Positions 20,424 to 33,774 are shown, counted from the stretch's first letter. The stretch: DNA of 64,000 nt from Bdellovibrionota bacterium (GCA_041391425.1 JAWKNZ010000011.1:8743-72742); one strand, 5' to 3'. Translations and numbers: made by a program. The notes: a model not told the origin generated them from the letters alone.

Positions 20424-20633
20424 ATGTTAGGTTTTGTACTCAGAATTTTTATCTATTCGCTTTTGTTTTACTTAATTGTGAAAAAATTAAGTGTTGTATT
20501 GACCTCTTTAGTAAGTGATAAGTCTGCAAAGATGAATGGGAAAATTCCCTCATCATATGACGGTGATGGTGTTATTGAGATTTGCCCAAAATGTGGTCAT
20601 GAGCTTTCAAAAGGGCATAGATGCTCTTTGTAA
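20424..20633 (+). CDS. Small membrane protein with C-terminal Zn-ribbon-like motif
   Basis: N-terminal TM, CPKCGH...HRC. Confidence 0.5.
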   Translation: MLGFVLRIFIYSLLFYLIVKKLSVVLTSLVSDKSAKMNGKIPSSYDGDGVIEICPKCGHELSKGHRCSL

Positions 20634-20783
20634 TCAAATAGAATGTGCTGGTATATCCCCTTAAGTGAGTCATTATAGCCGTGCTTTAATAAAGTAACGG
20701 TTAATCTTTCTGAATTAATCTTTTAAAATAGTATAAGGCTGGGTTTTAATATTTGATCTATCTTCAAATTTAAGGAGGATCAT

Positions 20784-21611
20784 ATGAATAGGCAGTTTGT
20801 TAATTTTATTATGATAGCTTTCTTCTTTTCAACGGGGATTACATCGCGCAGCTTTTCACAAGACCTTTTTTCATGGCCAAGGCCATTGGTTGTCGGAAGT
20901 ATAGGAGACTCTATTTCCAGGGCTACAAATTCGACTGTTTTTGGGGAAGTGCCATTTTCAAGTTGGGCGACAGGTGGAGACACTCGCGTTTTTTCGCAGG
21001 CTGCAAGGCTTCAGGAGGAAACAGGATCTCTTGTTTTTACCTATAATTATGCTCGATCAGGCGCGCAGATGCGGCATTTAAGAAAGCAAGCCCAGAAGTT
21101 GCTTAAAAGAAAGCCTGATTATGTAACGATATTGATTGGTGCTAACGATTTATGTTCTTGGAAGCAAAATAATACGACTCAGTTGCAGGCATTTGAATCT
21201 GAGTTGCGAGGTACCTTAGATGATTTAACGACCTCTTCTCCTAAAGTAAAAATTATTTTAAGTGCTATACCTGACATGCTAAGGATGTATGAGCTGGGTA
21301 AACAAAAAGGTTGTAGCATGATGTGGAAGGTTTTTCGCTTTTGCTCACCTTTACTTGGAAAAGATCGTACTGAGATGCAAAGGCTCCAGTTTTATGACCG
21401 TTGGATAGACGCTAATAATTCTCTCGCATCGATTGCCGATGAGTATCCGAATAATGTTTTTTTTGCTGAATCGATAAAAGATTACGAGTTTTCTAAAGAT
21501 GATATCGCTGTTAGAGACTGCTTTCATCCCTCTATTAAAGGGCAAAGAGCATTATCGGAGCAGATATGGAATGCTGGATGGTTCAAGGCATTTCAAGAAA
21601 ATTTACCTTAA
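20784..21611 (+). CDS. Secreted SGNH/GDSL hydrolase
   Basis: GDSI, GAND and DCFHPS blocks; AGGAGG SD. Confidence 0.9.
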   Translation: MNRQFVNFIMIAFFFSTGITSRSFSQDLFSWPRPLVVGSIGDSISRATNSTVFGEVPFSSWATGGDTRVFSQAARLQEETGSLVFTYNYARSGAQMRHLRKQAQKLLKRKPDYVTILIGANDLCSWKQNNTTQLQAFESELRGTLDDLTTSSPKVKIILSAIPDMLRMYELGKQKGCSMMWKVFRFCSPLLGKDRTEMQRLQFYDRWIDANNSLASIADEYPNNVFFAESIKDYEFSKDDIAVRDCFHPSIKGQRALSEQIWNAGWFKAFQENLP

Positions 21612-21630
21612 TATAAAAAGTAAGGTAAAC

Positions 21631-21662
21631 GCTCTAGTTGCATTATCTGTGACTAGAGCTTT
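21631..21662. terminator. Probable intrinsic terminator between the convergent GDSL gene and era
   Basis: GCTCTAGTTGCA-ttatc-TGTGACTAGAGC followed by TTT. Confidence 0.45.
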
Positions 21663-21714
21663 AGCTTAAGCATCATTAGGGAAAATGAGTATTTATTAGG
21701 TTATTTTTAACCCT

Positions 21715-22716
21715 TCAGTAAATTCCCTGTAGCTGGCTAATTAAAGCTGGATCTTCTATCCAGTTTTCCTGGACTTTGACAAAGAGGTCTAAGAAAACCT
21801 TATTATCAAGGTGCTTTTCTATGGTTATACGTGAGCTTGCTCCAATAGCACGTATACGGCTACCACCTTTACCTAAGACGATAGGTTTATGGCTCTGTTG
21901 GGTGACGATTATGCTTGCCATTATCTTTGTTAGTGATCCTAGTTGTTCATACTTATCTATGGTAACACTTGTTCCATAGGGTAATTCATTTCCTAGCTGT
22001 CTAAAAATCTGTTCTCGGATCATCTCACTAATAATAAAGCTTTGCGGCCTATCAGTGATATCATCCTGATTGTATAAAAATGGGCCTTCTGGAAGCATAT
22101 CAGCAATAATGCTTTTAAAATGACGAATTTCTTCTGGACGCTTTGAAGAGATTAAGTATGGATATGGTTGGATTATACGTGCTGAAATTTTGTTTGCCGC
22201 TTCTAGTTCTGTGATAAGAGTGTCAATTTTTTCATTTATTAATTCACATTGTTTTTCAATAATATTCTTTTTTTCTAAATCTGTTTTTGTAGCCAGGATC
22301 ATTATCGGAACGTTGCATTGTTGCAGGAGAGATCTTAAGGTATCCTCGTCCCAGGGGTGCCAGCCAAATTTGCAGTCGATTAAATAGCAAATGATGTCAG
22401 CTTCTTCTAAAACACCCCAAGCTTCTTTGTTCATTAGGTGGTTTATTTTAGCTTTTCCCGTCGAGCGGTGCATTCCCGGGGTATCTAAAAAAATAGTTTG
22501 AGTATTTTCTAAGATATCGATACCTAAAATTCTATTACGAGTGGTTTGTGGCTTCTTGCTGACTCCAGCTAATTTGGTTCCTATGCAGGCGTTTAACAAG
22601 GTGCTTTTCCCCGCATTTGGCCTGCCGATAAGGCCGACAAATCCACATTTTCTTATTTGTTCTTTCATTTTTGGGCTCTTTTGAGTTAATCCAGGTTCAG
22701 TTATTTTATCCATCAA
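21715..22716 (-). CDS. era: GTPase Era
   Basis: GRPNAGKST, PQTTR, DTPG, ELPY, KH domain LGKGGSRI. Confidence 0.95.
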   Translation of the reverse strand: MMDKITEPGLTQKSPKMKEQIRKCGFVGLIGRPNAGKSTLLNACIGTKLAGVSKKPQTTRNRILGIDILENTQTIFLDTPGMHRSTGKAKINHLMNKEAWGVLEEADIICYLIDCKFGWHPWDEDTLRSLLQQCNVPIMILATKTDLEKKNIIEKQCELINEKIDTLITELEAANKISARIIQPYPYLISSKRPEEIRHFKSIIADMLPEGPFLYNQDDITDRPQSFIISEMIREQIFRQLGNELPYGTSVTIDKYEQLGSLTKIMASIIVTQQSHKPIVLGKGGSRIRAIGASSRITIEKHLDNKVFLDLFVKVQENWIEDPALISQLQGIY

Positions 22717-22937
22717 ATCATAAGAGGAATTTTATATAGACTAATTTGTCTTGAGTCTATGATCTGACTATTTTTATATCACATCGATGGAAGAATCAAT
22801 CAAATTTTTAGTCCATTATATGATAGATAGGAGTAGTTTGATGGTAACCCCTTTGACTTTAAGGTGGTTTTTCTTGCCAAAGCTGACAGCTGCGAGTAGG
22901 CTATTTCATTATTATTTATAATAAAGGAGGTAGTATT

Positions 22938-23361
22938 ATGATTACCAGAATTAAATCAATGATTACAGTTGGCTTTGCCTGCTTCGGCCTAAGCTTTATT
23001 GTAAATACAAATGCTTTTGCTGGAAAAGCTTCGGTCTATTTTATTTCTCCGAAGGACGGTCAGACTGTTAGTGGCAAGTTCAAAGTTCAATTTGGTCTAG
23101 ATGGAATGGGAGTAGCACCAGCAGGTGTTCAGCAAGAAAATACTGGGCACCATCATTTGCTTATTGATACAGCGTTACCTGATTTGGGGAAGCCTATTGC
23201 TAATGATAAAAATCATATGCATTTTGGTAAAGGGCAGACAGAAGCTACAATTGAGTTGCCAAAGGGTAAACATACGCTTCAGCTATTGTTAGGGAAATTA
23301 TACGCATATTCCACACAAGCCTGCTGTTTATTCTAAAAAAATTACTGTTTATGTAAAGTGA
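22938..23361 (+). CDS. DUF4399 family secreted protein (frameshift near the 3' end)
   Basis: VYFISPKDG, GVAPAG, TGHHHLLID, HFGKGQTE, GKHTLQL; conserved end SKKITVYVK continues in another frame. Confidence 0.85.
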
Positions 23362-23366
23362 GTTTA

Positions 23367-23468
23367 GGGCGTGTTGACGTTTCATTTCCTACTACGAGCC
23401 CAAACCCTTCCTAGCTGCGACTTTCAAGTATTTGGCTCTCGCTACGAAAATGAAACGTCAACACGCCC
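23367..23468. mobile_element. Family B MITE, copy B1 (internally deleted, 102 bp)
   Basis: 21-bp TIR GGGCGTGTTGACGTTTCATTT at both ends, TA on both flanks; centre lost between AAACCCTT microhomologies. Confidence 0.9.
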
Positions 23469-23473
23469 TAGTT

Positions 23474-23537
23474 TTAAGGGAAGTAAAACCTAACAGACAA
23501 GGCTTAACGCAGTATGATGGATTTTTACTTCCCTTAA
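23474..23537. mobile_element. Family C palindromic element, copy C1 (internally deleted)
   Basis: TTAAGGGAAGTAAAA...TTTTACTTCCCTTAA ends; shares AAAACCTA.CAGACAAGG and GCTTAACGCAGTAT with 29802-29918. Confidence 0.7.
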
Positions 23538-23595
23538 TAATGGAGATGCAAGGATTTGAGTCACTGTCCCTTTTATCCTTGCGTTACCAGATATC

Positions 23596-25416
23596 TCAAT
23601 CTAGCACTTTGGCCTCTTTTAGGCCGTTTCGAATCAGCGATTGTGTTACGGCGTCATATTTTGCAAGGTCTAACATATCGTGTTCTAGGGTGTGAACCCA
23701 TTCGACGTCATCATCTGGTAGTGGTAGGATATGCTGCACAAGTTCAAGGACTTCTACTGCTAGTAACCATTCGTATCCGTATGTCTTTATTGTTTCCAGA
23801 GCTACTTCTTTGAGTTCAGGTAAGTTAGCGGCTGCTATACCCTGTTCTCTTAAATCTCTAATTTTTTGATAAAGGTCAAACAGTCTAAGTTCTTTTTTGC
23901 TATACGGACTAGTTCTTCCAGGCTGGGATTTGAGTTCTCCTAAGTTTTGTTCACCATATCTCTGAAAGTCAGCTGGCCCTCCATAAACGGAAGGGATCTC
24001 AGTCCCTACCGCCATATCAAACTCTCCCCACTCCGGTTTAAAGTAAGTTTGACCAGCATAGCTTACAGTACAAGAAGTCCAAGTAATTAGAAGCAGCTTG
24101 TCCTTTTGTCTGAGAAAACCTTTGATTTTACCTTCAACTTTGAAGCCAGAATTAAATTCTAATGAGCATTGCTCTCCAATGGATAGTCCAAATTGTTTAA
24201 GCTCAGTATCTGAAAGATTTTGTGGTGGGGTTGGGATTCCTTTCCAAAAGCCAATTGGGGTACTAAATCCTTCAGGATGTCGATTGCGCCCATGGCCTTC
24301 TAGTTCTTTTTCATTAAAAGAAAGCTGAGTTGGTCCGGACCAGCGGATAAATATGATTTGTTCTTTATTAGAGCTATCCCTTTTCCCTTGGGTTTGCGAA
24401 GCAGTCTCTGTCTGGCGAGTTTTGTTGGCAAGGCTGATATATTCCTCTAAAATTCCGGAAATGCCGATTTTCGAGTCCAGTGCGGTGGTTGTTAGCGCTT
24501 TTGCTTTTTTTGCAGTTTCTAATGCTTTCAGCCCACCAACTTTAAAAGCCATCGAACTTTCAAGTTCATCTAATAATGAACTAAGCTGACAGAAATCTTT
24601 TGCGACGAATAATTGCGGTTGCGGTTCAGTGATATCGAACTCTTGGTTAATACAGTCAAGTGTAATTGGTATTTTCTTTACACTATTTAGCAATGACTTT
24701 TGCCCTTCGTCCACCGAGGATAATAGCCCAGCTCCATAGATACATAACTGTCCTGCATTTTCTACCAAGCCATATTCTGCTGTCCACCAGTACATCCTTG
24801 TTACTTTTGCTGATTCGGAGACAAAAGAAATAGACTGAACAGCGTTTTGCAAATTCTTTTCACAGCGGTCGATCTGTTCTTGGCTGGCATCTGGGTTTTC
24901 TTTTATATCAGAAAGTTCTCGTATCGCTTCAAACAGTTTTATATCTTCACTAGAGTAGATTGCTTTACGTGCCAGTTGTGCGTATTTTGATAAATAGTTT
25001 GCATATGCTGGATCGGCTATAATTGGTGCATGTCCTGCGGCTTCATGTACAATATCGGGAGCTGGTGTATATGCAATATGTTCTAAAGTTCTCATATCGG
25101 TTGCAATGGGCAGTAGATTGCGTGCTTGAAATTCTAGAAAAGCAGCTGGGGGAATAAACCCTCTAACGCAGACTGCTCCCCAGCCAAATTCTTTTAGCTT
25201 CTCATCCATGTCAGAAATTTTAGGGATCGACGAGATAGAAATTCCGGTTTTCTTAAGCCCTTCAAGATAAACGGGGTGGCCGTATTTACTAAAGAAGCTT
25301 CTATTTTGTCTCATGATATAGCGCCACGAAGCCTGATCGCGGGAGGTGTATTTACTATAATCCTGTTGCGCTATATAAACCTTTAAGTTTTCTGGAAGAT
25401 TCTTTTGTGAGTCCAT
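23596..25416 (-). CDS. phhA: Aromatic amino acid (phenylalanine 4-) hydroxylase with long C-terminal extension
   Basis: YTPAPDIVHEAAGHAP, WWTAEYGL, YGAGLLSS; 606 aa. Confidence 0.85.
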   Translation of the reverse strand: MDSQKNLPENLKVYIAQQDYSKYTSRDQASWRYIMRQNRSFFSKYGHPVYLEGLKKTGISISSIPKISDMDEKLKEFGWGAVCVRGFIPPAAFLEFQARNLLPIATDMRTLEHIAYTPAPDIVHEAAGHAPIIADPAYANYLSKYAQLARKAIYSSEDIKLFEAIRELSDIKENPDASQEQIDRCEKNLQNAVQSISFVSESAKVTRMYWWTAEYGLVENAGQLCIYGAGLLSSVDEGQKSLLNSVKKIPITLDCINQEFDITEPQPQLFVAKDFCQLSSLLDELESSMAFKVGGLKALETAKKAKALTTTALDSKIGISGILEEYISLANKTRQTETASQTQGKRDSSNKEQIIFIRWSGPTQLSFNEKELEGHGRNRHPEGFSTPIGFWKGIPTPPQNLSDTELKQFGLSIGEQCSLEFNSGFKVEGKIKGFLRQKDKLLLITWTSCTVSYAGQTYFKPEWGEFDMAVGTEIPSVYGGPADFQRYGEQNLGELKSQPGRTSPYSKKELRLFDLYQKIRDLREQGIAAANLPELKEVALETIKTYGYEWLLAVEVLELVQHILPLPDDDVEWVHTLEHDMLDLAKYDAVTQSLIRNGLKEAKVLD

Positions 25417-25887
25417 AACGTTATAGATCCTTTTTTAGAACGCCTCTCATCTTAAAAATTATCTGACGGTCCTATTTCTGTGCTGTTTTGGGAGAATTTC
25501 TTCTTGTGGCATAAAAACCTGGCTTTTTTGTTTTTCCGCTTTGTATATCCATGTGCTTCATTTTTATGCCTTCTTTGCATTTTAATCTACCTAGGTTCCG
25601 GCACTATCTTATTCTCATTCATATTGTTCTTCGGGGTAGATTTATTATTAAATAAAATGTAGCATAAATATTCATAATATTCAATAGTTGCTGTGAAAAT
25701 ATAAATGATCATCCCTAGGCATAAGTGATATTCAAATAGCATCTATCCTGTGTCGTTATATTTTTTAAGTTATATAATAGAGGAATCGTTTTGATTTTAA
25801 GCGGTTGTAATGCTAATTAGAGAGCCACTAAAATAGAGTATAGCTGTGGTGTTTAATCTTTATAGCGTAATGTAGGTTTTTTGTGCG

Positions 25888-28488
<2,601 letters not shown>

Positions 28489-28671
28489 ACAGTTGGGTTG
28501 ATTTAATGGACGTTTTCTGATGTTTTTATTTTGGACACATAGAGTTTTAGATTATATTAATGTAGTCTTAATGGAGCGTTCTTACGAAGTTGATCAATCG
28601 CGAGGTTGGCAAGAAATTGATCAGCTTCCTCATCTACTTAGAGATTTAGTGTCTAGTGCCTGAAAATAAGT

Positions 28672-28707
28672 AAGCGGATTGCATTAAAACAATGCAATCC
28701 GCTTTTT
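28672..28707. terminator. Intrinsic terminator hairpin, possibly bidirectional, between alaS and htpX
   Basis: AAGCGGATTGCATT-aaaac-AATGCAATCCGCTT perfect 14-bp stem with T run. Confidence 0.8.
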
Positions 28708-28732
28708 AAAAATTCAAAACTATGAAGTTTAA

Positions 28733-29640
28733 TCAATTTACCGCATTTTTTAGGCGTTCGATCCTTGTGGACAAATCTGGATGGGTACTGAATAGCGAAG
28801 ACATCTTTTTACCAGATATTTTAAGGCTCGCAACTTGGTCTGTGCGTGGGTCGTTAATCATACTGGGGCTCGCTGATACTAGCTGTAGCCGTTGTAAAGC
28901 AGCTATCATTTTTCTCTTCCAGCTAGGCTTGCGCTTCCACTATCAGCTCTAAATTCCCTTTGTCTAGAAAACCAATTTACAATTATACTTGCTAGTATTC
29001 CAAAAACTATTTGAAGTACTATTTCTACAGCAAATGCTACGAAGTATGAAGGTTGTTCGTCTTCGTCTCCACGCATAAATTGAGCAACTGCCCATGAGAA
29101 CACTTTTGCCAGAAAAATTACAAATGCATTCATGATCCCTTGGATAAGGGTCATAGTTACCATATCACCATTGGCGATATGAGATACTTCGTGTGCGGCC
29201 ACGCCTTCTAACTCTTCTTGGCTCATTTGTGCAATAATACCCGTAGAAAACGCTACTAATGAATTATTTTTGCTAGGGCCGGTTGCAAAGGCATTGATTT
29301 CTGGACTGTCGTATATCCCGACTTCTGGCATTTTGCTTAACCCTGCTTTGCTTGCAAGCCTTTCCACCATATTTACTAGCATACGTGCTTGTGGGTCGAG
29401 ATGGTTTCTGTCGATAATCTTGATTTTTAATGTCCATTTGGTAATTTTTTTCGATAGTAAAAGGCTTATAAAGGCACCAGCCATACCCCAGACAAAACTT
29501 ATTACAAGGAGTGCTTGATAATTTATACCTTGAGCTGTCAGGTATCCGCGAACCCCAAGTAAATTAAGCACAATCGAGGCTGCAACAATAATTGCGATAT
29601 TTGTGGCAAAGAAGAGCGAAAAGCGTTTAAAGGTATTCAT
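28733..29640 (-). CDS. htpX: Protease HtpX (frameshift near 28910)
   Basis: NAFATG, AHEVSHIANGDMVT, FSRQREFRAD; C-terminal LFSTHP...RIERL continues in another frame to a stop at 28733. Confidence 0.92.
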
Positions 29641-29801
29641 TTATAATCCTTATTAAAAGTTTTTGTATTCGACATATTACTATAATAGTTCTAGGTTACA
29701 TACTGAAAAGTGCGATCGACAAAGCACAGATGCAAGTTAAATCCAATTTTTAAAATGTCAATATTGCAAAATTTGATACAATCATTTTGCAAAAGTAATT
29801 A

Positions 29802-29918
29802 TTAAAAGGAGTAAAACCTATCAGACAAGGTTTAGCAAGAAAACATAAGGGAATAGTACGTTTGGTACAGTGGCAAATGTTTTAGGCTTAACGCAGTATT
29901 AGGTTTTTTTCCTTTTAA
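29802..29918. mobile_element. Family C palindromic element, copy C2 (full length)
   Basis: TTAAAAGGAGTAAAACCTA...TAGGTTTTTTTCCTTTTAA imperfect TIRs; central GTAC-GTTTG-GTAC hairpin. Confidence 0.75.
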
Positions 29919-30135
29919 CATGCTGTCGAGCTACGATTATTATATTTTGATGATTAAAAAATGATGAGAAAATACCGCATAGCACTACTTTTAGGTAATT
30001 ATTGATTAAATTTTTGATTGGTTATCGTGACGTTTTTAAGGATATAGCGAGGTGACATGGATCGACAGTGTACCAGCGCTTTTCAACCATAATTACTTCA
30101 CAATTGTTTAGTTTGACAATCTTTTGCTGTTACTA

Positions 30136-30191
30136 GGGCGTGTTGACGTTTCATTTTCGTAGCGAGAGACAAATACTTGAAAGTCGCAGCT
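30136..30191. mobile_element. Family B MITE, copy B2 (one-ended fragment)
   Basis: CTA|GGGCGTGTTGACGTTTCATTTTCGTAGCGAGAGACAAATACTTGAAAGTCGCAGCT, identical to the ends of B4 and B5. Confidence 0.85.
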
Positions 30192-30467
30192 CTATTTTTT
30201 ATCTCAATATCATATTCGTTTTTATCCTTAGTGACTGCTCTGACTTGATGGTCCGTATATTGGTTTTTTCCATTGGATGTTAGTTCCCCATTAAAAGTAG
30301 AAAAGATAGGGCCATTTTGCATATATCTATCTAAAGAATCATTGAATTCTTTCGATTTATTAGATGTATTATCTTTTTTATTAGAAAGTTGTTTTGTAGC
30401 AAGGCTTTGAATCGATCAGATAAAAAATACGCTGAATAGTTACGAGAAATATTTAATCGGAAATGCT

Positions 30468-30536
30468 AGGCCTAAAAAACATGGGGAGGTAATATGTTTG
30501 GTATAGTGGCAAATGTTTTTTAGGCATAACGTAATA
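30468..30536. repeat. Family C element, degenerate core (C3)
   Basis: AAAAAACAT...GTTTGGTATAGTGGCAAATGTTTTTTAGGCATAACG matches the C2 core. Confidence 0.6.
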
Positions 30537-30560
30537 GGATATGCAGTACTTTAGATTATA

Positions 30561-31064
30561 TTAGGGTTTAGCTCTAATCGTATTTAACTCAGTAACAGGG
30601 AACTCAATAGATGTTTTGTTTCCAATTACATCATGGATATACCATATGCCTTTTCTTTTAACCACAGCGACAGTATTTTCGGTTGTGACAATTGGAGCGT
30701 CTTCATTTTTTTCAGAGGGATCTTTGCTGCCTTCTGAGTAGGCTAGTTGATATTTTATTTCAACCTCTCTTGGCGTTCTGTCTCGCCTCTCCATCAAAAC
30801 ATATTTTTTCAAATTATATTTTTTTTCAATATATGCTTGGCGTATTGCCTCGTCATTGGCACTGGCTATAACAGTGGCTAGATCTCCGGTAGTATATTCT
30901 AGTAGTAGCTCCTTTTCGTTTACTGAGCTCATATTGAGGGCAATATCTAAATATGCTTCGACCACTTCTTCAGCAGACATTTCTTCCCTAGACTTATCGC
31001 ACATTTGCGCGCAGCCAGTGGTTAGTAGAAAGGCAAATAGAACATTGCAACGAAACTTGAACAT
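30561..31064 (-). CDS. Hypothetical lipoprotein
   Basis: Lipobox LTTG-C; SAEEVVEAYL...KRKGIWYI pattern suggests an NTF2-like fold. Confidence 0.7.
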   Translation of the reverse strand: MFKFRCNVLFAFLLTTGCAQMCDKSREEMSAEEVVEAYLDIALNMSSVNEKELLLEYTTGDLATVIASANDEAIRQAYIEKKYNLKKYVLMERRDRTPREVEIKYQLAYSEGSKDPSEKNEDAPIVTTENTVAVVKRKGIWYIHDVIGNKTSIEFPVTELNTIRAKP

Positions 31065-31086
31065 ATGGTTCTCCTCTTTTTATTTC

Positions 31087-31902
31087 TTAATTATTGAGTG
31101 TATCATCATTTTCGATAGTTGTTTCTTTTTCTTGTTTGTCGAATTGTTTTTCTAGCTTTAATTGCCAGAGTGTTTTCGCGGGTAATTTAACAGGCACTGT
31201 CTCGGGCCGTTTAGGTGATGGACCGCTATAGTAATATGTTTGATTGGTATCCTCTCGTTTTTTTATTGTTTGGGTCGGTTTGTTTTTTTCCGCTTTTGCG
31301 CGATGGAATCGAATCTGCTGGCTCTTTTTTCGTTTGGCTAATCGCACCGGCTTTGTAGGAGAAGGTTTTGTTAGGTTTGTGGCATTTGCAAAAGCGCCCA
31401 TGTATGCACTTGAACGGCTGCTATTACCATAGGTTATAGTAAAGCCCTTTTTTTTGACCATAAAATCTAGTTCACTATTAATTGAAATAAATTTTTCATC
31501 TACGAGAAGAGCGGACTGTCCATATTGAGGAAAGTTTGCAGGCATCAAAAAAACGGGAATAGATTGGGTTTTTAAAAACCTTAGCCTCGACATGTAATTT
31601 GCTGCTTTTTTTCTTCCTAGTAAAACATGGACATCGAGTTTGCGGTATTTAGCAATATAAAGTGCCGATACCAAGTCTCCATCTGAAAGAAAATTACTAC
31701 TAAGCCATACCCTGGTAGTTGCTTCTGAGATCATATTAATAAGTTCAGTCCGCAACTCATCAAAGTGTCGTACTACCTTACTGGCTATTGGTTCAGCTTG
31801 AGCTGTTGGTATAAAATTGGTTTGAATTACGTATAAAGTTACAAGTAGATGGAAAATACGAAGTTTCACTTCTCCTCTACACGCATGCAGAGCATAATCC
31901 AT
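31087..31902 (-). CDS. Secreted PLD-like domain protein with degenerate catalytic motif and basic tail
   Basis: LINMISEATTRVWLSSNFLSD...ALYIAKYRKLDVHVLL resembles the PLD/Nuc fold; HxK absent. Confidence 0.6.
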   Translation of the reverse strand: MDYALHACRGEVKLRIFHLLVTLYVIQTNFIPTAQAEPIASKVVRHFDELRTELINMISEATTRVWLSSNFLSDGDLVSALYIAKYRKLDVHVLLGRKKAANYMSRLRFLKTQSIPVFLMPANFPQYGQSALLVDEKFISINSELDFMVKKKGFTITYGNSSRSSAYMGAFANATNLTKPSPTKPVRLAKRKKSQQIRFHRAKAEKNKPTQTIKKREDTNQTYYYSGPSPKRPETVPVKLPAKTLWQLKLEKQFDKQEKETTIENDDTLNN

Positions 31903-31981
31903 TAGAAGCCATATAGCGATTTTTTTTAAAAAAATGAATTCTTCATAATTAAGTGTTTCAACCTAAATCCCCATGAAGAGG

Positions 31982-33334
31982 TTACACTTTCCTAACAATA
32001 AATGCCCCAAAACCATCAGCTTCATTTTGATTGCCAGAAAATAATAATAATATGTTTTCTCTAGTGACATAACGTTTGTAAAAGTCGGGTAGAAGGGCGA
32101 CAGGAGATACGATTTCAACAGAATCACCAAACTTCTTTTGTATCCATTTTTGTTGCTCTATGGTTTCTTCCAGCTCAAATGAACAAACTGAATATATTAG
32201 CATGCCTTTTTGGGGGAGTATGTCCAGAGCCTTTTCAATGAATTTTTTCTGCTGAATTGCCATGTCTTTTATTATGGCTTCTGTTTTTAGCCATTTGCCC
32301 TCAGGGTGCCGGCGTAAGACGCCTAACCCAGAACAGGGGGCATCTAGTAAAATTTTATTAGGGGGTATTGCTGGCTTATATTTTAAAAAGTCGTCAGCTA
32401 CAAATTCCACTGCCTCATGGCCTAAACGTGCCATAGTGTGTTTGGCTTTATCCATTTGATCTTTGTTTTTTTCAACACCAATTAAAGTTATTTTCTCTTG
32501 CCCAAGTTCGTATATATGGCTTAATTTCCCGCCTGGTCCACAACACGCGTCTATTATTGTCTCACCTTCTTGTGGATTCACTAAATGTGCAATTAATTGC
32601 GAAGCTTCATCTTGAATTGTGAAATAGCCTTGCCCGAAAAGTGAATTTTCCATAGTTGATGGTGTGAGTTTTTAATAAAACACCCTTCCTTTAATGGGAG
32701 CCTTGATCAGATCAATTTTCTCTTTAGAATTCTGGCTTGAAAAAATATGAGCCTGATTATTTGGGGTTTTTGAGAATTGAGTCTAATGCTACGAGGAAGT
32801 GGTTATTTGCTATAAGCATCTTTTCTGTTGAAGCGAATTTAAACCTTTCATGCCATATCTAGAAACAATCCATTCAGGTGTGAACTGTAATGCTAAGTAA
32901 CGACGGGCTTCTTCTCTTTATCCACGGTATAATACTCAGTTCTTCTCGCTACTTGCCTTAATATTCCATTGGTAAAAGATGCGGCTCTTGGAGTGATCAA
33001 TGTTTTGATAAATTGACACTTTCGTTCACCGCGCCCTGTCGTGAACTTTGCTCATGTAAAATATTTATTAAGTGTTCCAACAACTAGAGCGGTTTAAATT
33101 TGGAGGATTCTAATAAATCTCGTTTCGAGGTGTGCTGTAAAATCCAAAATTTTTTTATACCTTTTTCAGCGCAAACTTCCAAATAATGCTTCTTTTGCAA
33201 ATGCCTTATCAATTTTTTTAATATGAGGGTATTCACGTATAAAGCATCCAGAACTTTTTCTGGGCGCTTTTTTCAAAGATAATTTTAACAAAAGCTTTGC
33301 GGCAAGCTCGTCCTGGTGAGACTCTACCGCTCAA
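31982..33334 (-). CDS. rsmB: 16S rRNA m5C967 methyltransferase (5' half heavily frameshifted)
   Basis: IQDEASQL, DACCGPGGK, LLDAPCSGLG, YSVCS; upstream fragments such as AVNESV and FTNGIL fit the NusB-like domain; probable TTG start at 33334 after AGGAG. Confidence 0.8.
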
Positions 33335-33774
33335 AGCAAGCTCCTGTCTTTATGGCTTAGTTTGCTATTTTTCTTTTGGCAAGAAATATATCATTTCCTA
33401 GCATTTTTTAACTTCCATCTACCGTTTGGATAGGTTTTGGCCGATAGGCAATTCATTGATTAGCCGTTCCCTCTAGTGGCCGCCTGACTTATATGACCAA
33501 CTGTATCGATGGGAAACTATCCTCTCATAGCCATAGAGAATGATCTGACGCTTTGACGCACCTTGGTATCGCAAATCAGACAGCTTTCTCATAATGTAAT
33601 TTTCGCGCATATTATTGGCCATGAATATATCCCAGCCATGAAATTTTCCAAGAAGCTGCCAAACGCATATGCATAATGGTTTGCATCAGAAATCACCTTC
33701 AAAACTACAATAAGACATAAATTTCGTTATTTTTCCCTTTGCGTCTTAGCGCCTTCTGCCAGATGATGATTTAA

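Noticed and set aside
28520..28663. 47-codon ORF after alaS, before the terminator
   Set aside because: Too short, no recognisable motif or clear ribosome binding site
33340..33720. Possible gene between the A2 element and rsmB
   Set aside because: No frame stays open and no motif is recognisable in this error-rich stretch, so it cannot be called
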